Assembly: GCA_964405685.1 (NCBI GenBank)
Contig: CAYOOP010000001.1
Span: forward strand, 206,922-270,921
Direction: 5' to 3'
Origin: an uncultured Rickettsiales bacterium
Lineage (GTDB): Bacteria > Pseudomonadota > Alphaproteobacteria > Rickettsiales > SXRF01
Length of the DNA: 64,000 nt
The translations under genes and the position numbers were made by a program. The stretch's first letter is position 1. Every line of letters starts with the position of its first letter. Below are positions 27,883-38,617 of the stretch, one piece after another. Under the pieces are notes generated by a model that worked only from the letters and a program-made list of their open reading frames with translations, was not told where the DNA came from and ran no database searches.

Positions 27883-28569
27883 TTATTTGGTATTGGTGAT
27901 AGTAACGCCCAGACTTTTAGCGATCTTATCGACGTGTACACCTTGCCCGAGCGCAAAAACCACGTTTGGATGTTCGGCATAGCTATGAACAAACTCGTCT
28001 TCGGTCATGCTTTGTAACTCATCTGACTCACTTCTGCGCGGCTTATCTCGATCTGAAGGTTCCTTTGGGTCTCTAGCCCTATTTATACAAGGTTCGAACT
28101 TCCGCTGCCATTTTGGGAATAACACATCGTCTGGAGTGCCGGATGGAGCGAGCTCATCAAAAGCAGCGTTTACTTTTTGGCGAATTTGCACCCTCTTCGC
28201 AGCCATGGTCCTGTCTACTGTTTTAGGCGGAACCCCAGGAATACTTATAGCAAGCCGCACAGATTCAATCCCTTGGTTTATAATATTGTTTTTAAGTTCT
28301 TCTAATTGTTCTGGTGGTAAATTACATAAACTCTTTTCAAAGCCAGCAGCAAACCTGGCATAATGATGAATGTCCTCAGCACTAAAAAGTTCTTCAGATT
28401 GCGCACATTGACAAGCGTCCACATAAAAGTTTGCTATTTCACCTAAATCACATTGCTCTAAAAATTTCTTACTTACTGAAATAGCAATATGTGGTGATTT
28501 CAAACCCGATGACGTCGCTAAAAGCGAAGCCATCACCCCCAAAAAACTTCTTCTGTCCATTTCTACCAT
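27883..28569 (-). CDS. Hypothetical protein with a twin-arginine signal
   Basis: The N-terminus MDRRSFLGVMASLLATSSG matches the Tat motif. There are no other recognisable motifs. The 5' half is AT-rich. The gene lies between carB and greA. Confidence 0.55.
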   Translation of the reverse strand: MVEMDRRSFLGVMASLLATSSGLKSPHIAISVSKKFLEQCDLGEIANFYVDACQCAQSEELFSAEDIHHYARFAAGFEKSLCNLPPEQLEELKNNIINQGIESVRLAISIPGVPPKTVDRTMAAKRVQIRQKVNAAFDELAPSGTPDDVLFPKWQRKFEPCINRARDPKEPSDRDKPRRSESDELQSMTEDEFVHSYAEHPNVVFALGQGVHVDKIAKSLGVTITNTK

Positions 28570-28594
28570 CTTGTCTCGCTCTTCCCGCTGTCAG

Positions 28595-31500
28595 TCATCC
28601 AGCCTTCGTATATTCCTGGATGGATTTTACATCCAGCCCCTTGCCAGAAGCCATAGCTTCCATCGCTGCGGTGGCCGCGACCGCCTCGGACATGGTGGTG
28701 TAATAGGGGATTTTATTAAGCAGCGCCGTGCGGCGGATCGAGAAGCTATCGGCAATCGACTGCGCGCCCTCGGTGGTGTTGATCAGCAGCCCGACATCGC
28801 GGTCTTTTAGCTTATCCACAATATGCGGCCGCCCCTCCCATACCTTATTAATTACCACGACCGGCACACCTGCCTCTGTAATCTGCGCAGCGGTACCACT
28901 CGTTGCAATCAACGTAAAACCAAGCCCGTGTAAGGTTTTAGCAATCGGCAATAGCGCGGGTCTATCGGCAGTGCGCACGGAGAGGAAAATATTCCCCCTG
29001 GTCGGCAGCACCGTGCCGGCACCCAATTGCGATTTCGCAAATGCCGCCGGGAAATTCGCATCAATCCCCATCGCTTCGCCGGTGGATTTCATTTCAGGGC
29101 CTAAAATCACATCCACGCCCGGGAAGCGCGCAAACGGGAATACCGCTTCTTTGACCGCCACATGTTTCAAGGCTTTGGAATCCCACGGTTTATTTTTCAA
29201 CCCAAAATCACCAAGCTTTTTCCCCGCCGCCATCATCTGCGCTGCGATTTTCGCAATCGGCACGCCGATCGTTTTTGCAACAAACGGCACCGTGCGCGAG
29301 GCGCGCGGGTTCACTTCAATCAAATAAATCTCATCATCTTTCACCGCATATTGCACGTTCATCAAACCCACGACTTTCAGTTCCTTCGCAAGCAACTCCG
29401 TCTGCTTTGCAATCCGCGCCTGCACATCGACACTCAAGCTATACGGCGGCAACGAACACGCCGAATCCCCGGAGTGAATCCCTGCTTCTTCAATATGTTG
29501 CATGATGCCAGCGACGTGCACATCCGTGCCATCGCACAGCGCATCCACATCCACCTCCACCGCATCGCTTAAGAACGAATCGATCAACAGCGGCTTCTCT
29601 GCACCAAAATATTCCAACGTATTGTCCAAATATTTCTGTAATTGCGCGTCATCATAAATCGTCTCCATCGCACGCCCGCCCAGCACATGCGACGGCCGCA
29701 CCAACACCGGATAACCAATCGCCTGTGCATGTTTCGCAACTTCCTCACGCGTCGTTGCGGTAGCACTTTCCGGCTGTTTCAATTTCAATTTCTCAACGAG
29801 CACGCGGAAGCGTTCACGGTCTTCAGTCAGATCAATCGAATCAAGCGTCGTCCCCAAAATCGGCACGCCCGCCTTCGCAAGCGCATAGGCAAGACGCAGC
29901 GGCGTCTGCCCACCAAACTGCACGATGCAACCAAGCAACTCGCCGCTTTGCGTTTCTTTGCGAATAATTTCCAGCACATCTTCGGCCACCAGCGGTTCAA
30001 AATAGAGACGATCCGAGGTGTCATAATCGGTCGACACCGTCTCCGGGTTGCAATTAACCATGATCGTCTCGAAACCCGCTTCCTTCAAGGCATAGGCCGC
30101 GTGTACGCAGCAATAATCAAACTCAATCCCCTGCCCAATCCGGTTCGGCCCGCCACCTAGGATGATCACTTTTTTGCGAGCAGTAGGCTCCGATTCACAC
30201 TCCGCATTCGGCCCTTCATAACTCGAATACATATAGGGAGTATTCGAATCAAACTCCGCCGCGCAAGTGTCGACGCGTTTGTAGACGGGGTGAATGTTTA
30301 ATTTGTCACGAAGTACAGCGATATCAGCAACCTTTACGCCCACAAGTTCAGCGATGCGAGCATCGGAAAAACCTTGGCGCTTTAATGTCGTCATCCTCGT
30401 GCGGACATCGTTCGCACGGGGATCTTGTGCGGTAAATTTCAAGATATCCCCGACTGCGCGGAGCGCAGCCGAAGATGACGATTCCATCGCCACAATTTCT
30501 TCCAACTGCCGCACGAACCACGGATCAAATTTGGAAATCGAACAAATCTCTTCTACACTTAATCCCAAGCGCAGCGCTTGTGCGGCCACCAATAAACGGT
30601 CCGGCGTCGGCCGCGTGAGCGCACCGCGCGCCGCATCAGCGCTTTGAATCACTGTTACTTCATTCAAGCCAGTCAACCCCGTCTCAAGCGAACGCAGGCA
30701 TTTTTGCAATGATTCCTGAAAATTCCGGCCCATCGCCATGGCTTCACCCACCGATTTCATCGCGGTGGTCAGCAGTGGTTCCGTGCCCGGGAATTTTTCA
30801 AAGGTAAACCGCGGAATTTTGGTGACCACATAATCAATCGTCGGCTCGAAGCTCGCAGGCGTTGATTTCGTCACATCGTTCCCGATTTCATCCAGCGTAT
30901 AACCCACCGCTAATTTCGCCGCCACCTTCGCAATCGGAAAACCCGTTGCTTTCGAGGCAAGCGCGGAGCTGCGCGACACGCGCGGGTTCATTTCAATCAC
31001 CACCATGCGCCCATCTTTCGGATTGACCGCGAATTGCACATTGGACCCGCCGGTGTCGACACCAATTTCGCGGAGCACCGCAAACGATGCATTGCGCATG
31101 ATCTGATATTCTTTGTCGGTCAGCGTCAACGCCGGTGCTACGGTGATGGAATCACCGGTGTGCACACCCATCGGGTCCACGTTTTCAATCGAACAGATAA
31201 TGATGCAATTGTCCGCCTTATCGCGCACCACCTCCATCTCATATTCTTTCCACCCGAGCACGGATTCATCAATCATCACTTCGCCAACCGGCGATGCATC
31301 CAGTCCACCGGCTACGATCTGATCAAACTCCTCATGGTTATACGCAATCCCGCCGCCCGAACCGCCCATGGTAAAACTCGGACGAATCACCGCAGGCAAG
31401 CCAATACTCTCCCGCGCCGCGCGGGCTTCTTCGAGCGATTTCACCACCGCGTTTTTTGGCACTTCCAATCCAATTTTCGCCATCGCCTGCCCAAACAGCA

Positions 31501-31888
31501 ACCGATCTTCGGCTTTGTTGATCGACTCCAGCTTCGCACCAATCAACTCGACATTGTATTTTTCCAGCACACCCGATTCAGCGAGCGCCTTCGCGCAGTT
31601 GAGTGCCGTCTGCCCGCCCATGGTCGGAAGCAGTGCACACGGTTTTTCCTTAATGATAATTTTTTCCACCATCGCCGGCGTAATCGGCTCAATATAGGTT
31701 GCATCCGCGAGTTCCACATCCGTCATAATCGTCGCCGGATTGGAGTTGATGAGAATAACGCGATAGCCCTCTTCCTTCAAAATCTTGCACGCCTGCGACC
31801 CCGAATAATCAAACTCACATGCCTGCCCGATGACGATAGGACCTGCGCCGATGATCAGGATCGATTTTATGTCGGTACGTTTTGGCAT
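28595..31888 (-). CDS. carB: Carbamoyl-phosphate synthase large subunit
   Basis: 1097 aa, starting [35 protein letters not shown], with duplicated ATP-grasp halves. Confidence 0.97.
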   Translation of the reverse strand: MPKRTDIKSILIIGAGPIVIGQACEFDYSGSQACKILKEEGYRVILINSNPATIMTDVELADATYIEPITPAMVEKIIIKEKPCALLPTMGGQTALNCAKALAESGVLEKYNVELIGAKLESINKAEDRLLFGQAMAKIGLEVPKNAVVKSLEEARAARESIGLPAVIRPSFTMGGSGGGIAYNHEEFDQIVAGGLDASPVGEVMIDESVLGWKEYEMEVVRDKADNCIIICSIENVDPMGVHTGDSITVAPALTLTDKEYQIMRNASFAVLREIGVDTGGSNVQFAVNPKDGRMVVIEMNPRVSRSSALASKATGFPIAKVAAKLAVGYTLDEIGNDVTKSTPASFEPTIDYVVTKIPRFTFEKFPGTEPLLTTAMKSVGEAMAMGRNFQESLQKCLRSLETGLTGLNEVTVIQSADAARGALTRPTPDRLLVAAQALRLGLSVEEICSISKFDPWFVRQLEEIVAMESSSSAALRAVGDILKFTAQDPRANDVRTRMTTLKRQGFSDARIAELVGVKVADIAVLRDKLNIHPVYKRVDTCAAEFDSNTPYMYSSYEGPNAECESEPTARKKVIILGGGPNRIGQGIEFDYCCVHAAYALKEAGFETIMVNCNPETVSTDYDTSDRLYFEPLVAEDVLEIIRKETQSGELLGCIVQFGGQTPLRLAYALAKAGVPILGTTLDSIDLTEDRERFRVLVEKLKLKQPESATATTREEVAKHAQAIGYPVLVRPSHVLGGRAMETIYDDAQLQKYLDNTLEYFGAEKPLLIDSFLSDAVEVDVDALCDGTDVHVAGIMQHIEEAGIHSGDSACSLPPYSLSVDVQARIAKQTELLAKELKVVGLMNVQYAVKDDEIYLIEVNPRASRTVPFVAKTIGVPIAKIAAQMMAAGKKLGDFGLKNKPWDSKALKHVAVKEAVFPFARFPGVDVILGPEMKSTGEAMGIDANFPAAFAKSQLGAGTVLPTRGNIFLSVRTADRPALLPIAKTLHGLGFTLIATSGTAAQITEAGVPVVVINKVWEGRPHIVDKLKDRDVGLLINTTEGAQSIADSFSIRRTALLNKIPYYTTMSEAVAATAAMEAMASGKGLDVKSIQEYTKAG

Positions 31889-32253
31889 TACGGTAACAAC
31901 TCCTTAAGCGGTTCTACCCAATACGCAAGAATCTGGAAAAAGAATCCGATGACGACGATGCGAAGGCCGATTGTGACATGCTTGCGTTTAAAATTTTTAT
32001 ATTCCGGCGTTTCGATGCCGCTTTTGTGCTGCGTGTCTTCGCCGTATTCCTCGACGCCCGCGAAGGGAAAAATATCATAGGCAATCCACGTGACGCCGAC
32101 GATGTCCATCAGCAACCCAACGGTATTCAAAATACGCGGATGTTCCGCAAACGGCATGGCGTAGTGCAATAAGGTAATAATAACAGCGCCCGCGACCAAG
32201 CTCTCCACCGCAAGCATAATGAGCGGTTTATATTGGCGCATCGTCGCAATCAT
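31888..32253 (-). CDS. Hypothetical small membrane protein (121 aa, ~3 TM)
   Basis: Hydrophobic segments are visible ([51 protein letters not shown]). The stop overlaps the carB ATG by 1 nt (TAATG). Confidence 0.55.
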   Translation of the reverse strand: MIATMRQYKPLIMLAVESLVAGAVIITLLHYAMPFAEHPRILNTVGLLMDIVGVTWIAYDIFPFAGVEEYGEDTQHKSGIETPEYKNFKRKHVTIGLRIVVIGFFFQILAYWVEPLKELLP

Positions 32254-32280
32254 GCCGCCCTCGCGTCAGTATATTTAATG

Positions 32281-32775
32281 TCAGTGCGTTTTGGCATTGG
32301 GTCTACCTGGAAGATTTAAATTTTCAGCAAATTGCATGGGCGGTATAGGACCGAGTTCTAAGGTTTCAAAGGCTCTTGCTATCAATGAACGATAGTATTT
32401 TCCTGCGTCTGTATTCTCTTCGATCAAATGATAGATAGGTGTAAAAGCCTCGATAACGCCTGTTTTATCAATGGTTTTAATTGGGTCGCCGTAAGAAAGA
32501 TCGATCACATTATTATTCAATATCGCTTCAACCTTCGAAAATGCCGCAAAGATATTGTCTCTGAGCTGCGTATCCATAGGCTTCAGATGCAGATGGTCGT
32601 GCCCTATTGCCGCCACGGATTGCAATGGTCCAATAGTAGATTGCAGACGGTGTATCAATCTGAATAATTCCGTATCTTCGCCTTGAGATTCCAGACCATT
32701 TTTCTGTAGCGACATATTGGGCATTTTACATTCCGTATAGGCCCTAATATTGCCTTCAGTAATGACGCCGCTCAT
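32281..32775 (-). CDS. Hypothetical protein (164 aa)
   Basis: There is ATGA overlap with the carA stop at 32772-32775. The sequence is markedly AT-richer than carA/carB by eye. No motif recognised. Confidence 0.5.
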   Translation of the reverse strand: MSGVITEGNIRAYTECKMPNMSLQKNGLESQGEDTELFRLIHRLQSTIGPLQSVAAIGHDHLHLKPMDTQLRDNIFAAFSKVEAILNNNVIDLSYGDPIKTIDKTGVIEAFTPIYHLIEENTDAGKYYRSLIARAFETLELGPIPPMQFAENLNLPGRPNAKTH

Positions 32776-33959
32776 GCCGCCCTCGCGTGGTGTTTTTTCA
32801 TCATCTCGACAAAGGCGCGGAAATATTCTTGTGTGTCGTGCGGGCCGGGGGATGCTTCCGGGTGGCCTTGCAGGCAGAAGATCGGTTTGGTTTTGTGTTT
32901 TAAACCCTGAATCGTATTGTCAAAAAGCGAGATGTGCGTGACTTCGAGATCCGCAGGCAGGCCGTCTTTAGCGACCGCGAATCCATGGTTTTGCGAGGTG
33001 ATCATCACGCGGCCGGAACTCAATTCTTTCACCGGATGGTTCGCGCCGCGGTGACCTTGTATCATTTTTTCCGTCTTCGCGCCGAGTGCTAGCCCAAGCA
33101 TTTGATGCCCCAAACAAATGCCGAATATTGGTACCCCAGAGGTGATTAATTCTTTGATCACGGGCAGGGAATATTCGCCTGTTGCCGCCGGATCACCCGG
33201 GCCATTGGAGAGAAAAATACCATCCGGCTTCAAACCCAAAATTTCTTTCGCCGATGTCTTCGCCGGCACCACAGTCACCCTGCAACCCGCTTCCGCGAGA
33301 TTGCGCAAAATATTTTGCTTCACGCCGTAATCGACTGCAACGACGTGGTACGCCGCCGTCGATGTGTGGCGTTTTGCGGGCGGCAATTGCCACAGACTTT
33401 CGTTCCACTCATAGGTTTTTTGCGTCGTCACATCGGCTGCGAGCTCCAACCCTTTCATGCTTGGGAATGCTTGCAATTCGGTGACGGTTTCGCTGCGCTC
33501 TTCGTCGCTCATCTCGCCGTGAATGATCATCGCATTTTGCGCTCCTTTTTTGCGGATATGGCGCGTTAGCGCGCGCGTATCAACGCCGGCAATCCCCGTG
33601 ATATTCTGTTTTTTGAGCCATTCATCGAGGCTCACTTGGTTGCGAAAATTAGACGGCGCAGTGGGGAGTTCTCGGATAACGAGGCCAGCACAATGCGGCA
33701 CGGTCGATTCAATATCTTCCGGGTTGCAGCCAACGTTGCCGATATGGGGGAAAGTAAAGGTGATGATCTGGCCGCAGTAGGAGGGGTCGGTCAGAATTTC
33801 TTGATAGCCCGTCATCGCGGTGTTGAAACACAGTTCGCCGATGGTGGTGCCGCGCGCGCCTGTCGCCTGACCGGAAAAAACAGTGCCGTCTGCTAGCACG
33901 AGGCTCGCTTTGGCAATGTTCCGATTGGCACTCTCTTTCACGCGGCAACCTCCAGGCAA
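32772..33959 (-). CDS. carA: Carbamoyl-phosphate synthase small subunit (glutaminase)
   Basis: SLVLADGTVFSG...GELCFNTAMTGYQEILTDPSY and the GATase triad region IFGICLGHQ. Confidence 0.95.
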   Translation of the reverse strand: MPGGCRVKESANRNIAKASLVLADGTVFSGQATGARGTTIGELCFNTAMTGYQEILTDPSYCGQIITFTFPHIGNVGCNPEDIESTVPHCAGLVIRELPTAPSNFRNQVSLDEWLKKQNITGIAGVDTRALTRHIRKKGAQNAMIIHGEMSDEERSETVTELQAFPSMKGLELAADVTTQKTYEWNESLWQLPPAKRHTSTAAYHVVAVDYGVKQNILRNLAEAGCRVTVVPAKTSAKEILGLKPDGIFLSNGPGDPAATGEYSLPVIKELITSGVPIFGICLGHQMLGLALGAKTEKMIQGHRGANHPVKELSSGRVMITSQNHGFAVAKDGLPADLEVTHISLFDNTIQGLKHKTKPIFCLQGHPEASPGPHDTQEYFRAFVEMMKKHHARAA

Positions 33960-34007
33960 ATTGCGGGAGGTATAAGGAGATGGATGGGGTGTGTCAATGG
34001 AAATTTC

Positions 34008-34093
34008 CCGTCATTCTGCTCGCCGTAAGGTGGAGTAGAATCTCGTGCATATAAAGAGATCCTGCTCGCTCGCGATGCGAGCAGCAGGATGAC
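34008..34093. repeat. Two-hairpin palindromic element (family B, inverted copy)
   Basis: ccgtcattctgctcgccgtaaggtggagtagaatc followed by gagatcctgctcgctcgcgatgcgagcagcaggatgac aligns by eye with the reverse complement of the element at 47161-47254. It abuts the pccA stop. Confidence 0.65.
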
Positions 34094-34094
34094 A

Positions 34095-36080
34095 TCAGGC
34101 GAGCTCCAAAATCACCTGGTCTACCTGCACGTTATCCTTCTCGTTCACAAGGATTTTCTTGATGGTGCACTCGTGGTCGGCGTAAAGCACGTTTTCCATT
34201 TTCATGGCTTCGAGCACCAAGAGTTCCTGCCCTTGCTTTACAGTGTCACCTTCTTTGACGCGGAAGGAGACGATGAGTCCCGCAATCGGCGCTTTCACCT
34301 GATCCTTGCGCCCGCTTTCTTTATCGGCCGGCATGTATTCTGCAAGCTCAGCAATGCGCGGCGTGCGGACTTTGACGTTAAGTTCCGAACCGCCGTAGGT
34401 CAGGATATACCCCTCTTCCAGCAAGCGCACTTTGACACTGACGGGCTTGCCGTTGACCGTCGCCTGAAACAAACGGCGGCCGAGTTTCCACGACGTACGC
34501 ACTGAGATCACCTCGCGCTCATAGGTAATGTCATACCCATGCTCTTTCTGCCGCACGAAGACAGAGAAATTCTGATCGTCGAGTTTTACCACCCACCGCG
34601 CGCCGATCGCGCGTTGACGGCCGGGAAGCTGATCGGAAATTTTCGCGGCGCGTTCGGCATCGTGCAGATAAATGCTGATTGCGGTACCGAGAAACACGCG
34701 CATCGAGTCATTGTTCAGTTCCGCGCCGGTGAATCCGCCGGGATATTCTTGCTCAATAAACCGCGTCGAAATATCGCCCGATTGGAAGCGCGGGTTGGCG
34801 AGCACGGCTTCTAAGAAACTCATATTGTGCTCAATGCCGCGCACGACAAAAGCAGAGAGGCCCTGTTGCAAAATCTCATTGGCTTTCGCGCGATTGCCGC
34901 CGTGGCTGCAAACTTTCGCGACCATCGGATCATAGAACATGCTGACTTCGCCGCCCTCGTAGACGCCGGTGTCGATTAAAATATTGGGCACGTTTTCCGG
35001 CTCCGCGTAACGCGTAATGCGTCCGGAAGATGGCAAGAACCCGCGCTTCGGATTTTCCGCATAGACGCGCGCTTCCATCGCCCAACCGTCGAATTTAATG
35101 TCTTCTTGTTTGAAATCGAGTTTTTCATCTGCCGCTACACGAATCATTTGCTCAACGAGATCGATACCGGTGATAAGTTCCGTCACACGGTGCTCGACTT
35201 GCAAGCGCGTGTTCATCTCCAAGAAATAGAAATTGCGTTTTTCATCGACGATGAATTCCACCGTCCCCGCTGAATAATAACCCACTTCGCGCGCCAAGCT
35301 CACCGCCTGTTCGCCCATGGTTTTGCGCGTCGCCTCATCTAAAAAGCTCGATGGCGCTTCTTCGATGACCTTCTGGTGGCGGCGCTGAATGGAACATTCG
35401 CGCTCACCCAGCCACATGATGTTGCCGGTTTTATCGCCTAAAATTTGAATCTCAATATGCCGCGGTTGTTCGAAATATTTTTCGATAAACACGCGCGAAT
35501 CATTGAAGCTCGAACCCGCTTCGCTTGATGCATAGCGCATGCCATCGAGCAATTCTTTTTCATTGCGCGCCACACGCATACCTTTACCGCCGCCACCGGC
35601 GGCGGCTTTGATCATCAACGGATAGCCGATTTCATCGGCGATTTTTCTGGCTTCTTTGTCGGATTTAACGACATCGAGTGTGCCAGGAACGGTTGATACG
35701 CCCGCCTTGCGCGCGATTTTTTTGGATTCGATTTTATCACCCATCAAATGCACGGCTTCCGGCGATGGACCAATCAAGGCCACACCCTGACGCTTCAAGC
35801 GCGCAGCAAAGTCAGCATTTTCGGATAAAAATCCATAACCTGGATGCACGGCTTCGGCACCGGTCTGATCAATCGCGCTCATGATCGCATCAACATTCAA
35901 ATAGCTTTTCACCGACGGGCTAGGGCCGATGTAGACCGCTTCATCCGCTTCTTTTACATGCAGCGCTGAGGTGTCCGCCTCGGAATAGACGGCAACCGTT
36001 TTAATCCCCATCTTGCGGCAGGTTTTCATAATACGCACGGCAATTTCGCCGCGGTTGGCAATTAGAATTTTAGAAAACAT
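34095..36080 (-). CDS. pccA: Propionyl/acetyl-CoA carboxylase alpha subunit (biotin carboxylase + BCCP)
   Basis: MFSKILIANRGEIAVRIMKTCRKMGIKTVAVYSEAD and the biotinylation motif LEAMKMEN near the C-terminus. Confidence 0.9.
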   Translation of the reverse strand: MFSKILIANRGEIAVRIMKTCRKMGIKTVAVYSEADTSALHVKEADEAVYIGPSPSVKSYLNVDAIMSAIDQTGAEAVHPGYGFLSENADFAARLKRQGVALIGPSPEAVHLMGDKIESKKIARKAGVSTVPGTLDVVKSDKEARKIADEIGYPLMIKAAAGGGGKGMRVARNEKELLDGMRYASSEAGSSFNDSRVFIEKYFEQPRHIEIQILGDKTGNIMWLGERECSIQRRHQKVIEEAPSSFLDEATRKTMGEQAVSLAREVGYYSAGTVEFIVDEKRNFYFLEMNTRLQVEHRVTELITGIDLVEQMIRVAADEKLDFKQEDIKFDGWAMEARVYAENPKRGFLPSSGRITRYAEPENVPNILIDTGVYEGGEVSMFYDPMVAKVCSHGGNRAKANEILQQGLSAFVVRGIEHNMSFLEAVLANPRFQSGDISTRFIEQEYPGGFTGAELNNDSMRVFLGTAISIYLHDAERAAKISDQLPGRQRAIGARWVVKLDDQNFSVFVRQKEHGYDITYEREVISVRTSWKLGRRLFQATVNGKPVSVKVRLLEEGYILTYGGSELNVKVRTPRIAELAEYMPADKESGRKDQVKAPIAGLIVSFRVKEGDTVKQGQELLVLEAMKMENVLYADHECTIKKILVNEKDNVQVDQVILELA

Positions 36081-36145
36081 GTTGCATCCATTTGAAGTGA
36101 TAGGAGTACCTAAAAGGTTTCGTCCAAAAAGTCACGCATAAATCG

Positions 36146-36514
36146 CTATTTGCCAAGAGCATCGCCCACCTTAAGCCGCCGCTCCAACAACCACTTCAAA
36201 TGGTTTTTGCTTGGGTTCACGGGGTCGTAGAGCACCGCCACCCGGCTGCCGAGGGGAAACGTGCTTTCCATATCGGGATATTCTAGCCGCTCTTGCCCCT
36301 CGTATTGCGTGCCATCGATCTCGAACTGATATTCGATGATGAATTCTTTGCGGTTATTTTTACGATCGAAAATTCTATTCTCAGCAAAAATAATCTGCCC
36401 TTCTGCTTCCTTCGCCGTTTTTAGAAATTCCCTGTATTTACCAGTCTGCCACTGCACGATAATCACCGTCAGCGGAATGAGAATTACAAGAGCAAGTGCA
36501 AGAATGCGGGTCAT
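36146..36514 (-). CDS. DUF3592-like single-pass membrane protein
   Basis: An N-terminal TM is followed by the pattern EGQIIFAE...EYQFEIDGTQYEG...GSRVAVLYDPVNPSKNHL. The start directly abuts the pccB stop. Confidence 0.6.
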   Translation of the reverse strand: MTRILALALVILIPLTVIIVQWQTGKYREFLKTAKEAEGQIIFAENRIFDRKNNRKEFIIEYQFEIDGTQYEGQERLEYPDMESTFPLGSRVAVLYDPVNPSKNHLKWLLERRLKVGDALGK

Positions 36515-38053
36515 TTAAAGCGGCAGATTATCGTGCTTCTTCCACGGATTTTCTAGCTTCTTATTACGCAAGATCGCAAGCGACCGGCAAATACGCCAAC
36601 GGGTGTTTTGCGGGCGGATGACGTCGTCAATATAGCCGCGACTGGCCGCCACGAAGGGAGATGCGAACTTGGCTTTATAGTCGTCGATCAAGCCTTGCAT
36701 TTCTTCTTCGTTTTGATACTTGCCGCGGAAGATGATTTCGACCGCGCCTTTCGGGCCCATCACTGCAATTTCTGCGCTCGGCCACGCATAGTTCACATCG
36801 CAGCGTAGGTGCTTGGAGCTCATCACATCATAGGCACCGCCGTAGGCTTTGCGCGTAATTACCGTGATTTTCGGCACAGTAGCTTCCGCATAGGCATAGA
36901 GCAGTTTTGCGCCGTGTTTGATGACGCCGTTGTGCTCCTGATACGTTCCCGGCAAGAACCCCGGCACGTCTACAAAGGTCACAATTGGAATGGAAAATGC
37001 ATCACAGAAGCGCACAAAACGCGCAGCTTTTCGGGCGGAATCGATATCGAGACATCCGGCTAATTGCGTCGGTTGGTTGGCAACAAAACCGACCGTGTAG
37101 CCCTCCATGCGCCCAAAACCGATGACAATATTTTTCGCATAATCCGGCTGAATCTCGAAAAAATCACCTTCGTCGACCACGCGCTCAATCAGCTCTTTAA
37201 TATTATACGCCTTGTTGGCATTTTCCGGCACCAGCGTATTCAGCGACATTTCCACGCGATCGGCCGGATCAGCAGTCGGACGGAACGGCACGCCGTCGCG
37301 ATTATTCAGCGGCAGGAAATTAAACAAGCGGCGGATTTGCAGCAGGCATTCAATGTCGTTGTTATAGGCAAGGTCGGCCACACCGGTTTTGTGGGTGTGC
37401 ACGTCCGCACCGCCCAGATCTTCCTGGGTCACGATTTCATGCGTCACAGTTTTCACGACTTCCGGGCCCGTCACAAACATATACGAGCTGCCGCGCACCA
37501 TGGCGATGAAATCGGTCAGCGCCGGCGAATAGACCGCACCACCTGCGCATGGCCCCATGATCACCGAAATCTGCGGCACGACGCCGGAGGCGAGCACGTT
37601 GCGTTGGAAAATTTCGGCAAACCCTGCCAGTGAATCCACACCTTCTTGAATCCGCGCACCGCCGGAATCTAATATCCCAATCACCGGCGCGCCCACACGC
37701 ACGGCCATATCTAGAATTTTGCAAATCTTGAGTGCATTCGTTTCAGAAAGCGAACCGCCAAGCACGGTGAAATCCTGGCTATACACAAACACCAAACGTC
37801 CATTGATAGTGCCTTGACCAGTCACGCAACCATCGCCGGGAATATGATTATCCTGCATACCAAAATTGGTCGAGCGGTGCTCGACGAACATGTCGTATTC
37901 CTCGAACGAATCCGGATCAAGCAGCACTTCCAAACGTTCGCGCGCGGTCAGCTTGCCCTTGGCATGTTGCGCTTCCATCCGCTGCGCGCCGCCGCCTTGG
38001 CGGGCGCGGTCACGCTTATGTTCAAGCTCAGTGATGATCGTATGGCGTTGCAT
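36515..38053 (-). CDS. pccB: Propionyl-CoA carboxylase beta subunit (carboxyltransferase)
   Basis: [27 protein letters not shown] and [14 protein letters not shown]. The length is 512 aa. Confidence 0.93.
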   Translation of the reverse strand: MQRHTIITELEHKRDRARQGGGAQRMEAQHAKGKLTARERLEVLLDPDSFEEYDMFVEHRSTNFGMQDNHIPGDGCVTGQGTINGRLVFVYSQDFTVLGGSLSETNALKICKILDMAVRVGAPVIGILDSGGARIQEGVDSLAGFAEIFQRNVLASGVVPQISVIMGPCAGGAVYSPALTDFIAMVRGSSYMFVTGPEVVKTVTHEIVTQEDLGGADVHTHKTGVADLAYNNDIECLLQIRRLFNFLPLNNRDGVPFRPTADPADRVEMSLNTLVPENANKAYNIKELIERVVDEGDFFEIQPDYAKNIVIGFGRMEGYTVGFVANQPTQLAGCLDIDSARKAARFVRFCDAFSIPIVTFVDVPGFLPGTYQEHNGVIKHGAKLLYAYAEATVPKITVITRKAYGGAYDVMSSKHLRCDVNYAWPSAEIAVMGPKGAVEIIFRGKYQNEEEMQGLIDDYKAKFASPFVAASRGYIDDVIRPQNTRWRICRSLAILRNKKLENPWKKHDNLPL

Positions 38054-38160
38054 GGTGCATGTCCTGTTTGTTAGCGAAGCACACTACCTAGCAAACTCAC
38101 CCACCACAGGCAATCCACAAGGTTTTTTTGCTTGACATTGGGATTCACAGCGCGCGCCGT

Positions 38161-38176
38161 TGGCACGGTTATTGCT
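38161..38176 (+). promoter_or_regulatory. Sigma54 (RpoN) -24/-12 promoter
   Basis: TGGCACGGTTATTGCT matches the consensus TGGCACG-N4-TTGCW exactly (GG-N10-GC). It lies 34 nt upstream of ATG 38210, which is preceded by a GGAGGG Shine-Dalgarno. Confidence 0.7.
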
Positions 38177-38209
38177 TAACTTATATTAATAATATTTACA
38201 GGAGGGCTC

Positions 38210-38617
38210 ATGCACATTACCACCCACGACACCACCAGCAATTTATGCAACAAGTTGAATATGTTAAAGGAAGACCGCGAGCACTGGCGCTGCATTCACC
38301 TGAAGCTCTCCGCCTTGCCGCTCGCGCAAAATCCGCACCGTTGGTCGAGCTTTCTGGTGAAGGAATTGACGCATAAATTGGCGGAATTCGAAGGCGCGAT
38401 TTACGCCTGCGAAGATGCGGATATTTTTATCCTCTTCCAGGGCCGTGCGCAGCCCATTTTGGCAAAACTCGCCGATCATTTTGTTGATATTAACACAAGC
38501 GGCAAACGCTCCGGCGGGCTCTATTACGTCTACGATTTAAGCAAAGAATGGCTGTTCCTGTTTTTCCTCGCGCACCGCAAGCGTAATCAGCAGTCGTATC
38601 TATTTGCTAACGCCTAG
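38210..38617 (+). CDS. Hypothetical protein (135 aa) downstream of the sigma54 promoter
   Basis: The ORF has a good SD (ggaggg, 4 nt before the ATG). No motif recognised. Its 3' end overlaps the convergent ntrB by 18 nt. Confidence 0.55.
   Translation: MHITTHDTTSNLCNKLNMLKEDREHWRCIHLKLSALPLAQNPHRWSSFLVKELTHKLAEFEGAIYACEDADIFILFQGRAQPILAKLADHFVDINTSGKRSGGLYYVYDLSKEWLFLFFLAHRKRNQQSYLFANA

Noticed and set aside
31034-32080. Long antisense ORFs inside well-supported genes. Examples are 348 aa antisense to carB, 2328..3209 antisense to murC, 10344..11231 antisense to the GT2 gene, 41585..42211 antisense to hemC and 37064..37633 antisense to pccB.
   Set aside because: Their translations are Arg/His/Pro-rich and low in complexity, with no motifs. 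They lie opposite genes with strong family signatures. This is the typical mirror-frame artefact of GC-biased coding sequence.
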